From a virus (taxonomy: Duplodnaviria > Caudoviricetes): a stretch of DNA of 28,672 bases. A program made the position numbers and the translations under genes. The notes under the pieces are model-generated. The model saw nothing but the letters and a program-made list of their open reading frames with translations. It was not told the DNA's origin and did not search any database. Location: the IMG/VR virus record IMGVR_UViG_3300050021_000111, positions 1 through 28,672 of that record, one strand, 5' to 3'. The first letter of the stretch is position 1; every line of letters starts with the position of its first letter. Positions 1 through 8,228 of this stretch are shown here, one piece after another.

Positions 1-49
1 AAATGACAAGCAGTAAAACTGCGCCGATGATGTAATCAGGATGAACCAT
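1..49 (-). CDS. 5' part of a small hydrophobic protein, truncated by the window edge
   Basis: Minus strand GGAGAG RBS then ATG at 49; reads MVHPDYIIGAVLLLVI to the edge. Confidence 0.5.
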   Translation of the reverse strand, partial: MVHPDYIIGAVLLLVI

Positions 50-141
50 AAAGCACTCTCCAAGTGTTGAATTGGTTCCCTATCAAAGGTTAGATGGCCC
101 CTAGAACGTGCTGTAAGGCCACTAGGAACGATTGACAGTGA

Positions 142-164
142 CGGGCAAGGGATTACCCTGCCCG
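142..164 (-). other. Intergenic stem-loop downstream of the VWA gene
   Basis: CGGGCA-A-GGG-ATTA-CCC-TGCCCG; no U-tract, so not called a terminator. Confidence 0.5.
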
Positions 165-172
165 CGTAGGAA

Positions 173-1321
173 TCAGCGGTCCAAGTAAACGGTCTCGCCA
201 AACGGAGCGGTGTTACGCTCTTCGGTTGAAAGCCATATTACAGGCACGTTGCAATTTTCAGGGAACGGACCTTCGAGGTCCGTAATTATCACGGCACAGA
301 CCGCTGTACCATCATCTTCAATGGCCTTGAGTACCGGCCTAAAATCAGTTCCACTGAACCCTGTCGGCTTCCACGTCAAGGTATCGCCTTTATCAAAGCG
401 GTCAATGCTGGATACTTCGGAATCAAAGTAATAGACGTTTACAGCTAACGGTGATAATTCTTCAATGATAGACTCAAGTGTTCCACGGGCAAAGGAAAGT
501 GACTCCGCCGATACGCTGCCAGATGTGTCTATGCCTATTGCGATCTCTCCGAGTTCCTTTGACTCAAGAGCGGGCAGGTACAATCCTGATGCGACATAGC
601 GGGAGTTTGGCCGCGTCCATGAATAATCTGAATTGCAACGTTCACTAAAAAAACGGAGTAACAGGGACCGTACATCGATCTTAGCCTTGAGAGAATCCTT
701 GACCGTTCTTGCGAGTCCACCGGGCAATTTGCCGCACATCTTAGCGGCGTTTAGTGCCTGCGCCGCTTTTTGTTTCCATTCTTGCTCAGTGGGAGCCGGG
801 TCTCCATCGGCGTCTATATCGCTCGGAGCGTCCCTTACTTCTCCGAGCGGGTCCGGCTTGCTTTGCCCTTGCGCTGGATTATTGCCCTGCCCTTGACCGT
901 TCCCATTGCCGTTAGGTTGCGGCTTGTCATTCTGTTGAACGCGGGCATAATGCCATTCCGCCGATTTTCCCGAAACACTAGGAAACAATGATCCAGCGGG
1001 CAAAGTAAAGCCGGAATCACGTAATTCTGAATTTATGGAATAATCACAGGCGATATTCCAATTTTTAGAATCGCGAGCTTCTCTCCGCCATGGGTGACCC
1101 ATTGCACAATGCATGACTTCATGCGCGACTAGCGCGGTCACGCGGTCATGCGGCAAGGATTCGATAAACGTAGGATTGTAGCCAAGTGACCGCCCGTCAG
1201 TCCATGCGGTCTCACAGCCTGTATCCTCTTTGAACTTCAGGGATAAGGCAAGGGAACCAAAAAAAGGTTGGTCTAAAACTAACGAAACACGGGCGGAAGC
1301 CATTTTTGATTGAGCAGACAT
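173..1321 (-). CDS. DUF2201-type putative metallopeptidase with C-terminal VWA-like domain
   Basis: HExxH motif (AHEVMH), WNIACDYSIN, G/N/Q-rich linker, MIDAS motif IDTSGS, GTDF and ITD motifs; GAGAGGA RBS; ATG overlaps upstream TAA. Confidence 0.85.
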   Translation of the reverse strand: MSAQSKMASARVSLVLDQPFFGSLALSLKFKEDTGCETAWTDGRSLGYNPTFIESLPHDRVTALVAHEVMHCAMGHPWRREARDSKNWNIACDYSINSELRDSGFTLPAGSLFPSVSGKSAEWHYARVQQNDKPQPNGNGNGQGQGNNPAQGQSKPDPLGEVRDAPSDIDADGDPAPTEQEWKQKAAQALNAAKMCGKLPGGLARTVKDSLKAKIDVRSLLLRFFSERCNSDYSWTRPNSRYVASGLYLPALESKELGEIAIGIDTSGSVSAESLSFARGTLESIIEELSPLAVNVYYFDSEVSSIDRFDKGDTLTWKPTGFSGTDFRPVLKAIEDDGTAVCAVIITDLEGPFPENCNVPVIWLSTEERNTAPFGETVYLDR

Positions 1322-1947
1322 TACCGTTTCCTCTCAAATGACAGGGCAATAAACTCGCCATGTTTGGCTATTCTTTCGTGAAGAGTCGATGGAGTAACGC
1401 CTAAACGCTGTGACCATTCTGCAAGCGTTAAATTTTCTCCATTATGGGCAATTCTCCGATTCCTGCGCGTATTGTTTGCCTGTTCTTTCGGAGTTGCCCA
1501 TTTGCAATTTTCCGGCTCATAATTGCCGTTATTGTTGATTCTCTCGATTGACATACCGCGAACCTTTTCGCCCATATCGGCGAGAAAATTCTCAAATTTC
1601 ATCCACCGTTCACAGATGGTAATACCGCGTCCACCGTATATCGGATATTTTTCGCTATTAGGTTCTGTACAGCGGTCAATCATCGTATTCCAAGTGTGAT
1701 AAGTGAGAGTCCGTGAGAGTCCGTGAGTTGTGCGACTTTCGCGCATCCGTGCCGATGTAGAATCACTCTTCAAGCATCCGCATGATTGAGTGTTACCATT
1801 GACAAGATTTTTTCCCGGAAGGATTAAAGTCTTGCCGCAAACGCAGAGGCATTCCCATAAAGTGTTTCCTTTAGATGTACTCCCTGCGCGTTTAACTACT
1901 GTCAGTCTTACAAAATTTTTTCCTGCTAGATCAAGTGGTTTGCTCAT
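1321..1947 (-). CDS. Free-standing phage HNH homing endonuclease (frame open back to 2013)
   Basis: CVCG...SCGC N-terminal motif, THG..TWNTMIDRC, YGGRGITICERW, SIERINNNGNYEPENCKWAT..EQANN nuclease motif, C-terminal TLAEWS HTH; MSKPLDLAGK is a typical family start. Confidence 0.88.
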   Translation of the reverse strand: MSKPLDLAGKNFVRLTVVKRAGSTSKGNTLWECLCVCGKTLILPGKNLVNGNTQSCGCLKSDSTSARMRESRTTHGLSRTLTYHTWNTMIDRCTEPNSEKYPIYGGRGITICERWMKFENFLADMGEKVRGMSIERINNNGNYEPENCKWATPKEQANNTRRNRRIAHNGENLTLAEWSQRLGVTPSTLHERIAKHGEFIALSFERKR

Positions 1948-1953
1948 GAACAC

Positions 1954-1983
1954 AGTATACCGTACAATGTGCGAGTCAAGCAA
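1954..1983 (-). promoter_or_regulatory. Putative sigma-70 promoter giving a leaderless HNH transcript
   Basis: TTGCTT-N18-TATACT, followed after 6 nt by the ATG at 1947. Confidence 0.45.
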
Positions 1984-2051
1984 TAATCCGGTCGTTTTAC
2001 CTTGAGCGGTCATAGAATCCTTCCCATAATGCTTGCGTTCATGCTTGCTAA

Positions 2052-2081
2052 ACTGTATTCGATACGGCTAACGATTGTCAA
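2052..2081 (-). promoter_or_regulatory. Putative sigma-70 promoter
   Basis: TTGACA-N18-TACAGT upstream of the GGAAGGA RBS and ATG at 2013. Confidence 0.45.
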
Positions 2082-2083
2082 AT

Positions 2084-2106
2084 TGCCCGTTATCACGGCA
2101 CGGGCA
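2084..2106 (-). other. Intergenic stem-loop downstream of the DUF3150-like gene
   Basis: TGCCCGT-N9-ACGGGCA perfect 7-bp stem. Confidence 0.5.
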
Positions 2107-2119
2107 GGCCGATAGGAAA

Positions 2120-2995
2120 CTAGAAAATGTTTCCGTAAGTCGCGGTCATGGAATCCAGAATGCTCTGCGCTTGCTTTGCTACATCGGCGCGAACTTCGGG
2201 AACGTCACGGAGTGTCTGAGGTTCCGTGCTGGCGAGTAATTCCGTTTGACGGCGGAGCGCTTCAAGTTGTGGATCTTCGGTGACGTTCAAACGTGTAAGC
2301 ACGTCGCAAAGTTCCCTTGCGTTCCCTATCAATGTATCGCGGAAAATTGCATCAGGAGAAGAGCATTTTTCAACAATCGCCGATACCACTTTCCGCAACC
2401 TATCAACTGCGCCGTCTTTCCCTTGCATTGCCGCTGTGAATGCTTGCTGTACACGTTCTTCGGTGCGGGCGGCAATGGTATCAATCTCACTCTGTGCAAG
2501 CGTAACGCGGAAGTCAATACCTTGCGGTACAGGCGCATATTCCACGGTCCATTCATAGCGGTCACGAATGTTTGTAGGGTAATCGGAATCCTGAAACATT
2601 CCGTTTAGAACCCGCTGTGCCTCAAGCCGATAGGAAGGATACTCTGAAATGAAGTCAGACAGCAAACTGTCTGCCGTATGGAAGCCTTGTCGGATTGTAT
2701 CGGTGTACGCCTGATAATTCTTCACCGGCAGCATTCTCCAACCATCATCTGACCACGGCAAGGTCTGCGCGTAATTCAGTACGCGCAAGTTGGCAATGTG
2801 CGAGACCAGCGCCTTATATGCTGGAGCGTCACCGGGCAGCAGGCACTTGTTATACCTGCCCGCGTCAAGAGTGGTATTGTGCAAAGTCGCGGTCTCTTGA
2901 GACACTTTGCGGTCATACTTGCGGGCAGACCATGCGCTGATACGCAAGCTAACGAGCATTGCGCGAGTGTGAAGATCGGTCATTGTCATTGTCAT
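2120..2995 (-). CDS. DUF3150-like protein
   Basis: MLVSLRISAWSARKYD N-terminus, TLPWSDDGWRMLP, FRDTLIGN and LNVTEDP motifs recalled for this family; AGGAGA RBS (start may be ATG 2989); located between AAA and VWA genes. Confidence 0.65.
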   Translation of the reverse strand: MTMTMTDLHTRAMLVSLRISAWSARKYDRKVSQETATLHNTTLDAGRYNKCLLPGDAPAYKALVSHIANLRVLNYAQTLPWSDDGWRMLPVKNYQAYTDTIRQGFHTADSLLSDFISEYPSYRLEAQRVLNGMFQDSDYPTNIRDRYEWTVEYAPVPQGIDFRVTLAQSEIDTIAARTEERVQQAFTAAMQGKDGAVDRLRKVVSAIVEKCSSPDAIFRDTLIGNARELCDVLTRLNVTEDPQLEALRRQTELLASTEPQTLRDVPEVRADVAKQAQSILDSMTATYGNIF

Positions 2996-3048
2996 ATTCT
3001 CCTGATAATCGGTTATGGTACGTTTACGGCATGGCGGAAGGATAAAAA

Positions 3049-4083
3049 TTACTCTCTGCCGCTTATCAATTGGCCGATGGGACCGGAATTCAAACGAACG
3101 AAAGAATCGGTATATTGAATCTTTTCATCGCGTCTAATCGCGTCACGGACTAGCAATACGGCAAACTCGCCATGATCCGCTTCAGTGTAAAGCCGGGTGG
3201 CGTAGGTTGCGATACGTGCAAAATTGTTATCGTTTGCGCGGGCTGCGAGTCCAACCGATACAGCATACAATTCACTAGGCTTGCTAGGAATAGCGGCAGT
3301 ATCAGGATTCAAGAGAATCGCGTCAAGATTGATAAGGGACCGATACATGGACCTGAAAGACAGGTACTCAAGAGCAGCACCTTCGCCGACCGCTCCCGAA
3401 AATGCAGCCGATTCAATTTCAGCGGGCAAATTCAGCGCTTCGAGTTTGGCAACGTGAGACCACGTGCGCGGAACTGGCGAGTTTGTAAGGTCTGCCGTAG
3501 CCTGAAAATTGCAAAGCAATTCAGGACGAAAGCGCAAAAATGCTATCAGCATAGGCGATACGCTGTGAGCATACGCCCATGTACTCCAATCGTCTATATT
3601 CGCTTCAAGGTCAACGATACAGGCAAAGCGAGATTTTACCGGCTCAAGAATTCCCGATACTCCAGCGCGGTCACTGCGCCTATTTGTTGCGGCCACAAAG
3701 GTTATGCAATCCGGCAGAATGTGACCGTTTACCCTACGCGCAAGGATTAACTGCATAAAGCTAGCTTGTACGGCAGGAGTGGCCTGCCCTAGATCGTCTA
3801 GCAGCCAAACTGTAGGACGAACGGCATTTATTGCCGTTGCCAGTTCACCAAAAGGCAGGAAAGTGGCGGTGTTTCCATCGGCTTTTGGCCATGGTAACCC
3901 TTTAGCATCTGTCGGGTCCGCTACGGCAGGATGTGAGATAAGCAGGTCTGCTCCAGCGCTTGCTGCCGCTTGAGAGATAATGTCAGACTTGCCAACTCCC
4001 GGCGCGCCTGTAATTAGTAACGGCAAGCGGGCAGGAATCATGGCTGCGAGTAACGCGGTCAATTGTTTTGGCGATACGCTCAT
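3049..4083 (-). CDS. MoxR-like AAA+ ATPase
   Basis: Walker A GAPGVGKS, Walker B WLLDD, AATNR sensor, SRF arginine finger, PRTW; AGGAGA RBS. Confidence 0.9.
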   Translation of the reverse strand: MSVSPKQLTALLAAMIPARLPLLITGAPGVGKSDIISQAAASAGADLLISHPAVADPTDAKGLPWPKADGNTATFLPFGELATAINAVRPTVWLLDDLGQATPAVQASFMQLILARRVNGHILPDCITFVAATNRRSDRAGVSGILEPVKSRFACIVDLEANIDDWSTWAYAHSVSPMLIAFLRFRPELLCNFQATADLTNSPVPRTWSHVAKLEALNLPAEIESAAFSGAVGEGAALEYLSFRSMYRSLINLDAILLNPDTAAIPSKPSELYAVSVGLAARANDNNFARIATYATRLYTEADHGEFAVLLVRDAIRRDEKIQYTDSFVRLNSGPIGQLISGRE

Positions 4084-4115
4084 GTGTTCAATCTCCTGTA
4101 CAACACTCTATACTT

Positions 4116-4131
4116 AGCAAGCAACGTGCCA
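4116..4131 (-). promoter_or_regulatory. Sigma-54 (-24/-12) promoter of the AAA/DUF3150/VWA operon
   Basis: TGGCACGTTGCTTGCT is an exact TGGCAC-N5-TTGCW match, about 20 nt upstream of the ATPase RBS. Confidence 0.7.
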
Positions 4132-4183
4132 AACTCTGTAAACGTGTATATAGTTGATTTTAATGAGAAGCGATTAAAATGCA

Positions 4184-4205
4184 AAGTGGTATTTATTTAC
4201 CACTT
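4184..4205. promoter_or_regulatory. Inverted repeat, candidate upstream activator site
   Basis: AAGTGGTA-N6-TACCACTT; TTTACCACT recurs near 4227. Confidence 0.4.
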
Positions 4206-4265
4206 CCCCAACAAAAGAGTAAACATTTACCACTATTTAGGGAAACATTTATTTATATCGCGTAG

Positions 4266-4278
4266 AATCAATAGCTTA
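4266..4278 (+). promoter_or_regulatory. IHF-type binding site
   Basis: AATCAATAGCTTA matches WATCAANNNNTTR. Confidence 0.5.
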
Positions 4279-4438
4279 GATTTTACATGATGCGCAAGGA
4301 ATAAAGGTACACTGCCCGCGTGCATCTATATATAGGATAGCGGGAGCGCTGTACTCGGAACCTTGACGCCGATAGGATAATCAAAACACTCTACAGGTTA
4401 TCTATATATAAGGTAGGACTGTGAGCAGCCGGAAGTGT

Positions 4439-4455
4439 AGAGGGTATTACCCTCT
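4439..4455. repeat. 17-bp palindrome, operator-like
   Basis: AGAGGGTA-T-TACCCTCT. Confidence 0.55.
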
Positions 4456-4663
4456 TAAGTGAGGCATAAAAGCGGGCGGAGAATGCGCCGATAATCGAGA
4501 GATATTAAAAACTGTATTTTTGTTCTAACGAACGTTTGCGAGTATACCTATGGGATACCCTCATATTTATTTATCTGCGCCTACAAGGTGCCTTAGAATC
4601 GCAGCGCTGCTATGTACTATCTGGTAAACTTTACACTCAATTCATGTGCAGCAACATCATTAA

Positions 4664-4676
4664 AATCAATCACTTA
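4664..4676 (+). promoter_or_regulatory. IHF-type binding site
   Basis: AATCAATCACTTA matches WATCAANNNNTTR. Confidence 0.5.
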
Positions 4677-4944
4677 CTAACAAAACTGCGCCTGTTTCGG
4701 ATTGTTACTACTTAGTCAATAGGAAAACACGAAAACCCGCGTAAACATTGACGATTATGCACATCTGTTGACTATATGGTAATAATTGGCACGGTCACAG
4801 CGTTACTATCTGATAACGTCGAATTAAAAGCGAATCTATGGAATACCATAATGCCGATAGGAATCAAATACTATTCATCTAGTAAACACTCTACAGGGAT
4901 AGACAGGGACGCGGGAGCGGACCGCGTAGCGGTCTCCCACTCAA

Positions 4945-5034
4945 GCCGATATTTATTTCAGCAGCCGATTATTATGCAGCCGGTATTTATTCGATGGACT
5001 CCCGATTATTATTTCAATGCGCCGATATTTATTT
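4945..5034 (+). repeat. Five imperfect tandem repeats (consensus close to GCCGATATTTATTT)
   Basis: Copies start at 4945, 4964, 4979, 5001 and 5021. Confidence 0.75.
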
Positions 5035-5500
5035 GTCGCGCTCAACTTTAATGCTCTGCCGTTTGTACACACTTGCACGCGGTGTTTATTCAAAGACAAG
5101 TGACGGCTTTTTGCCCACCAACGATCTTCACTAAGCGCTATCAAATATTAGGCGCAAGATAACGCTATTAAGGCGCATCGGCGAGCGCTGTGAGCCGGTA
5201 CAGGCGCATCTATCGGCGCGGGAGCGCTGTATAGGCCGATAAAGGCCATAAACAGGCATATTAGAGGCATATTACAGGGATATAGGCGCAATGGTAGCGA
5301 TACAGTGTACGGGACGGCAGAGCCTATTTCAAAGAATGGGATAAAATGCGCGTGTACCACTATATTTTACGGTAATCCACAACTTTTATTGTATTATAGT
5401 CCAGTATGGCAGTCCATGTGCAGTTGTCCTGAGTGACGCACGGCTCATGAACGACTGACGGCTTCGGTCTCTGCATATAAAAACCGGGAAATTAAGTCGA

Positions 5501-5627
5501 AAGCGCAGAAAAATAAGAATAGAAAATAAAATAAACAGGTACGTGTACAAGCGCAGGAGAATAATAAATAAATAAAAATTGGAATTAAATACGTAGGTAA
5601 GCGCAGGAAAATATGCGTAGAAAAAAA
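5501..5627 (+). repeat. AAGCGCAG(G/A)A direct repeats in A-rich DNA
   Basis: Copies at 5501, 5549 and 5599 (48 and 50 nt apart), plus a degenerate ATGCGTAGAA at 5613. Confidence 0.7.
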
Positions 5628-5640
5628 TTGAGGAAAGGGC

Positions 5641-5670
5641 TTGACAAGGTGTGTTTATTTGTGTTTAGAT
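5641..5670 (+). promoter_or_regulatory. Putative sigma-70 promoter at the start of the right arm
   Basis: Perfect TTGACA; weak -10 (TTAGAT at 18 nt spacing); AGGGCTTGACA also occurs at 15271. Confidence 0.4.
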
Positions 5671-5676
5671 GTGTTC

Positions 5677-6039
5677 ATGGGTATTACAAAGCATATTTCG
5701 ATTAGGGTTCCAGAGGAGATCGTAATTGCGGCGGATGAGGTCGCAAAGATTAAAGATCGGAGCCGTGCGTATATATTGGTGGGTGTTCTTCAAGAATGGG
5801 CAGATAAAAAGGATGGTGGATGTATGGCGGTGCAAAAATCGGCTGAGTCTGGCGGCGTGGGGGTTCTGGATATTGAGGAGCCTGTGGTGAGGCCGGTGGC
5901 TTATGCGTCGTCAGGTAGGGTTGGCGGGAGTGGCGGGGGTAATCGCGTGGCGACGGGTGAGGAGCCAGATCGGGGCGGTGGGTGCCTGTTGTGTGGCGGG
6001 TTAAATGGTCTTCATCAAAAAGGGTGTAAGGGGAGATAA
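5677..6039 (+). CDS. Ribbon-helix-helix (CopG/Arc-like) DNA-binding protein with Gly-rich tail and C-terminal CxxC
   Basis: KHISIRVPEEIVIAADEVAKIKDRSRAYIL fits the RHH beta-alpha-alpha pattern; the track's TTG start at 5641 coincides with the -35 box. Confidence 0.7.
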   Translation: MGITKHISIRVPEEIVIAADEVAKIKDRSRAYILVGVLQEWADKKDGGCMAVQKSAESGGVGVLDIEEPVVRPVAYASSGRVGGSGGGNRVATGEEPDRGGGCLLCGGLNGLHQKGCKGR

Positions 6040-6356
6040 TGATGAGCGAGAAAATGGAGAGTTTTGATTTAGAACAGGTGTATGATGAGCAGATTGCGCC
6101 TCTCATGGCTAAGATCATTGAGATTTGCAAAGAGCATAAATTGCCAATGGCTGCGGATTTTTTGTGTCGTAATTCGGATGATGAGGGCGAGGAGTATTGC
6201 ACCAGCTTTGCCGATTTCAGGGACGAGCGCGGGGAAAGTAAACATATGGATGCGGTATGGCAGGTGATTAAGCCAAAACGTAATCTAGCGCCTCTGAATC
6301 TGACGGTAAGGAATGGAAGCGGTGACGTGACAGAGATGATTACGATTTTGGGATGA
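6039..6356 (+). CDS. Hypothetical phage protein
   Basis: GGGGAG RBS, TAATG coupling, protein-like composition. Confidence 0.7.
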   Translation: MMSEKMESFDLEQVYDEQIAPLMAKIIEICKEHKLPMAADFLCRNSDDEGEEYCTSFADFRDERGESKHMDAVWQVIKPKRNLAPLNLTVRNGSGDVTEMITILG

Positions 6357-6380
6357 CGTGCCATAATGATGGGGTGTTAA

Positions 6381-6593
6381 ATGGACCGGGATGAAATACT
6401 AGGCAAGCAGAAAATAATCCGAGGCTGGACGAACGCGGAATTGGTTTCGGAGTTGCGGAGTCCGATGCGGTCGCTATGCGGTAATGAGGTTTACATTCCG
6501 TTGTTGGTGGAGGCTGTGGCGAGGTTGCTGGAGCAGAAGATTCCAGTGGCGAAGAAAAAGTCGTTGGCGGCTAATCGGAATCTGATTCGTTAG
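6381..6593 (+). CDS. Hypothetical protein
   Basis: GGGGTG RBS, fits the gene tiling. Confidence 0.55.
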   Translation: MDRDEILGKQKIIRGWTNAELVSELRSPMRSLCGNEVYIPLLVEAVARLLEQKIPVAKKKSLAANRNLIR

Positions 6594-6663
6594 GAATTAA
6601 GGCGACCCGAAATTGACGGGTAATCTAGTAGCGGGTAGGAAAAGAATCATCGGGAGAGATAAT

Positions 6664-7344
6664 ATGCACATCATTAAAGAGGATCGCGGATTTCGCGCCC
6701 CTGGAATTTTCGAGGTTTACTGGAATCGGTGGGGTGTCGCATTCGACGTAATCTATACCGGAAACGATGAGGATAAATGGCCGTGGATGCTTCACGTTCA
6801 TTTTCTGTTGCTAAATATCTTTCTGTATTTTCCGCTTCAGTATGTTCCACCGTCTAAGCGTGAGCATTGGATGCGCGAATGGCAGCAGTGGGGTTTTTCG
6901 TCTGGCGACGGTTGCATTCACTTTCACTGGAATGAGGCGACAAAGATTTGGGACTTGCCTTGGTTCTCTAGTGTTTTCCAGCGGCATGAGGTACGGTGTG
7001 CGGACGGGTCGTGGGTTCCTTATGTTGGGTGTTGGGAAGACAAGGAGCCGGATGGACGTGAAGAGTTTTCTTTTCCGTACACGTACAAGTTAAAAAGCGG
7101 TGAGGTCCAGAACCGGACGGCTACGGTTTATGTTGATCGGATGGCATGGAGGCCGAAAGGATTCACTTGGACGGGTTTGTTTGAGAAGGTACGCCAGAGT
7201 ATCAGCGTAGCCTTTGACGATGAGGTAGGGGAGCGTACAGGATCGTGGAAGGGCGGTACGGTGGGCTGTGGGTATGAGATGCTTGCGGGGGAGACTCCAG
7301 AGCAGACGTTACGGCGTATGGAGCGGGAACGGGTATTCGACTAG
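6664..7344 (+). CDS. Hypothetical Trp-rich phage protein
   Basis: GGGAGAG RBS before ATG 6664; ends GERTGSWKGGTVGCGYEMLAGETPEQTLRRME. Confidence 0.75.
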   Translation: MHIIKEDRGFRAPGIFEVYWNRWGVAFDVIYTGNDEDKWPWMLHVHFLLLNIFLYFPLQYVPPSKREHWMREWQQWGFSSGDGCIHFHWNEATKIWDLPWFSSVFQRHEVRCADGSWVPYVGCWEDKEPDGREEFSFPYTYKLKSGEVQNRTATVYVDRMAWRPKGFTWTGLFEKVRQSISVAFDDEVGERTGSWKGGTVGCGYEMLAGETPEQTLRRMERERVFD

Positions 7345-7351
7345 GAGAGGA

Positions 7352-7525
7352 ATGAAAATTTCCTGTAAATTGTTTGGTTGCGCTTATGATCCGGTTGACG
7401 ATTCTAGTCCGTTTTTGTGCTTCCGTTGTGACTCGGAAGTGGAAGGCCGGAAATGGTGCTACGGATGGCAACCATTTAGAAAGATTTATAGATTATGTAT
7501 GGGATGGTCATGGAGGGAATCATGA
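7352..7525 (+). CDS. Small Cys-rich hypothetical protein
   Basis: AGGAGAGG RBS; MKISCKLFGC...CFRC. Confidence 0.55.
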   Translation: MKISCKLFGCAYDPVDDSSPFLCFRCDSEVEGRKWCYGWQPFRKIYRLCMGWSWRES

Positions 7526-7818
7526 AACGCTACCGCAAGCCAAAGATTAAAGACGGTGAGCTTCGAGCGTAGTGGGGGCGTATTGATGGGAACGAACCTG
7601 ATTTGTGCTACTACTGGGGTCCGGGAATTTCTAAATGTGATTCCCATCTTTTGCATAATACTCTAAGCGGTAATGATTGTAGTACGAATTGGGATGCGCC
7701 TTTGGGTTCTCCGAGAATACTGTGGACAAAGTACGGAAACTCGTTTATTAAAGAACTAGAGGAGCGCGGGTACGATCTGACTACGCTTCGGTTCTATGTG
7801 AGGAAAAAGAATGCGTAA
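7522..7818 (+). pseudogene. Hypothetical gene interrupted by an in-frame TAG at 7570-7572
   Basis: GGAGG RBS and ATGA overlap; MKRYRKPKIKDGELRA*WGRIDGNEPDLCYYW... continues in frame into track ORF 7603-7818. Confidence 0.65.
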
Positions 7819-7996
7819 ACTTCGACCGGGAGTAGCACGCGCTTATCGTAAGATATTGCTTTGGAAGGAGATAAACGCGGCGTGGAGTAAGGCTATGCCT
7901 TTGATTGCGGATAATTTCTATACTAATACCCCGTTTCAAAGAGCGGTTAAGGAAAATAATGGACGATCTTATTATGATGCGCTTTCGAGATTTTGA
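7811..7996 (+). CDS. Hypothetical protein
   Basis: GAGG RBS, overlaps the upstream stop. Confidence 0.55.
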   Translation: MRKLRPGVARAYRKILLWKEINAAWSKAMPLIADNFYTNTPFQRAVKENNGRSYYDALSRF

Positions 7997-8018
7997 GTTA
8001 TAAGAGGCCGCATATGAA

Positions 8019-8228
8019 ATGGAAACAATAAAAGATAGCGCCCACTGCCCACGATGCTTTCACGCGATTGGAGAACATCTGTACTGCAAGGACCACGGTG
8101 GCGACTTTGAAAACGAGAAAGTGAGCAAGTTGCCGACTAGGAAAATTGATACGTGTCCACCAGAAGCGGTATATAATTTCGATCATGTGTGGTGGAGTTT
8201 TCTTGATTTTACAGGGAGTGCTAAGTGA
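8019..8228 (+). CDS. Small Zn-finger-like hypothetical protein
   Basis: CPRC...CKDH; fits the gene tiling. Confidence 0.5.
   Translation: METIKDSAHCPRCFHAIGEHLYCKDHGGDFENEKVSKLPTRKIDTCPPEAVYNFDHVWWSFLDFTGSAK

Noticed and set aside
132-160. Plus-strand TTGACA as a promoter
   Set aside because: No -10 element at 16-18 nt spacing
210-3973. Plus-strand track ORFs within the left operon, and similar antisense ORFs in the right arm
   Set aside because: Antisense shadows of well-supported genes, without RBS or motifs
4063-5360. Short track ORFs in the divergence region (4063-4290, 4776-5051, 4953-5144, 5148-5360)
   Set aside because: No convincing RBS or protein-like motifs; they run through regulatory sites and repeats
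5845-6000. G-rich tract as a possible second GGN-NN array
   Set aside because: No sustained 5-nt period or GCAGG punctuation; explained by Gly/Val codons of the RHH gene tail
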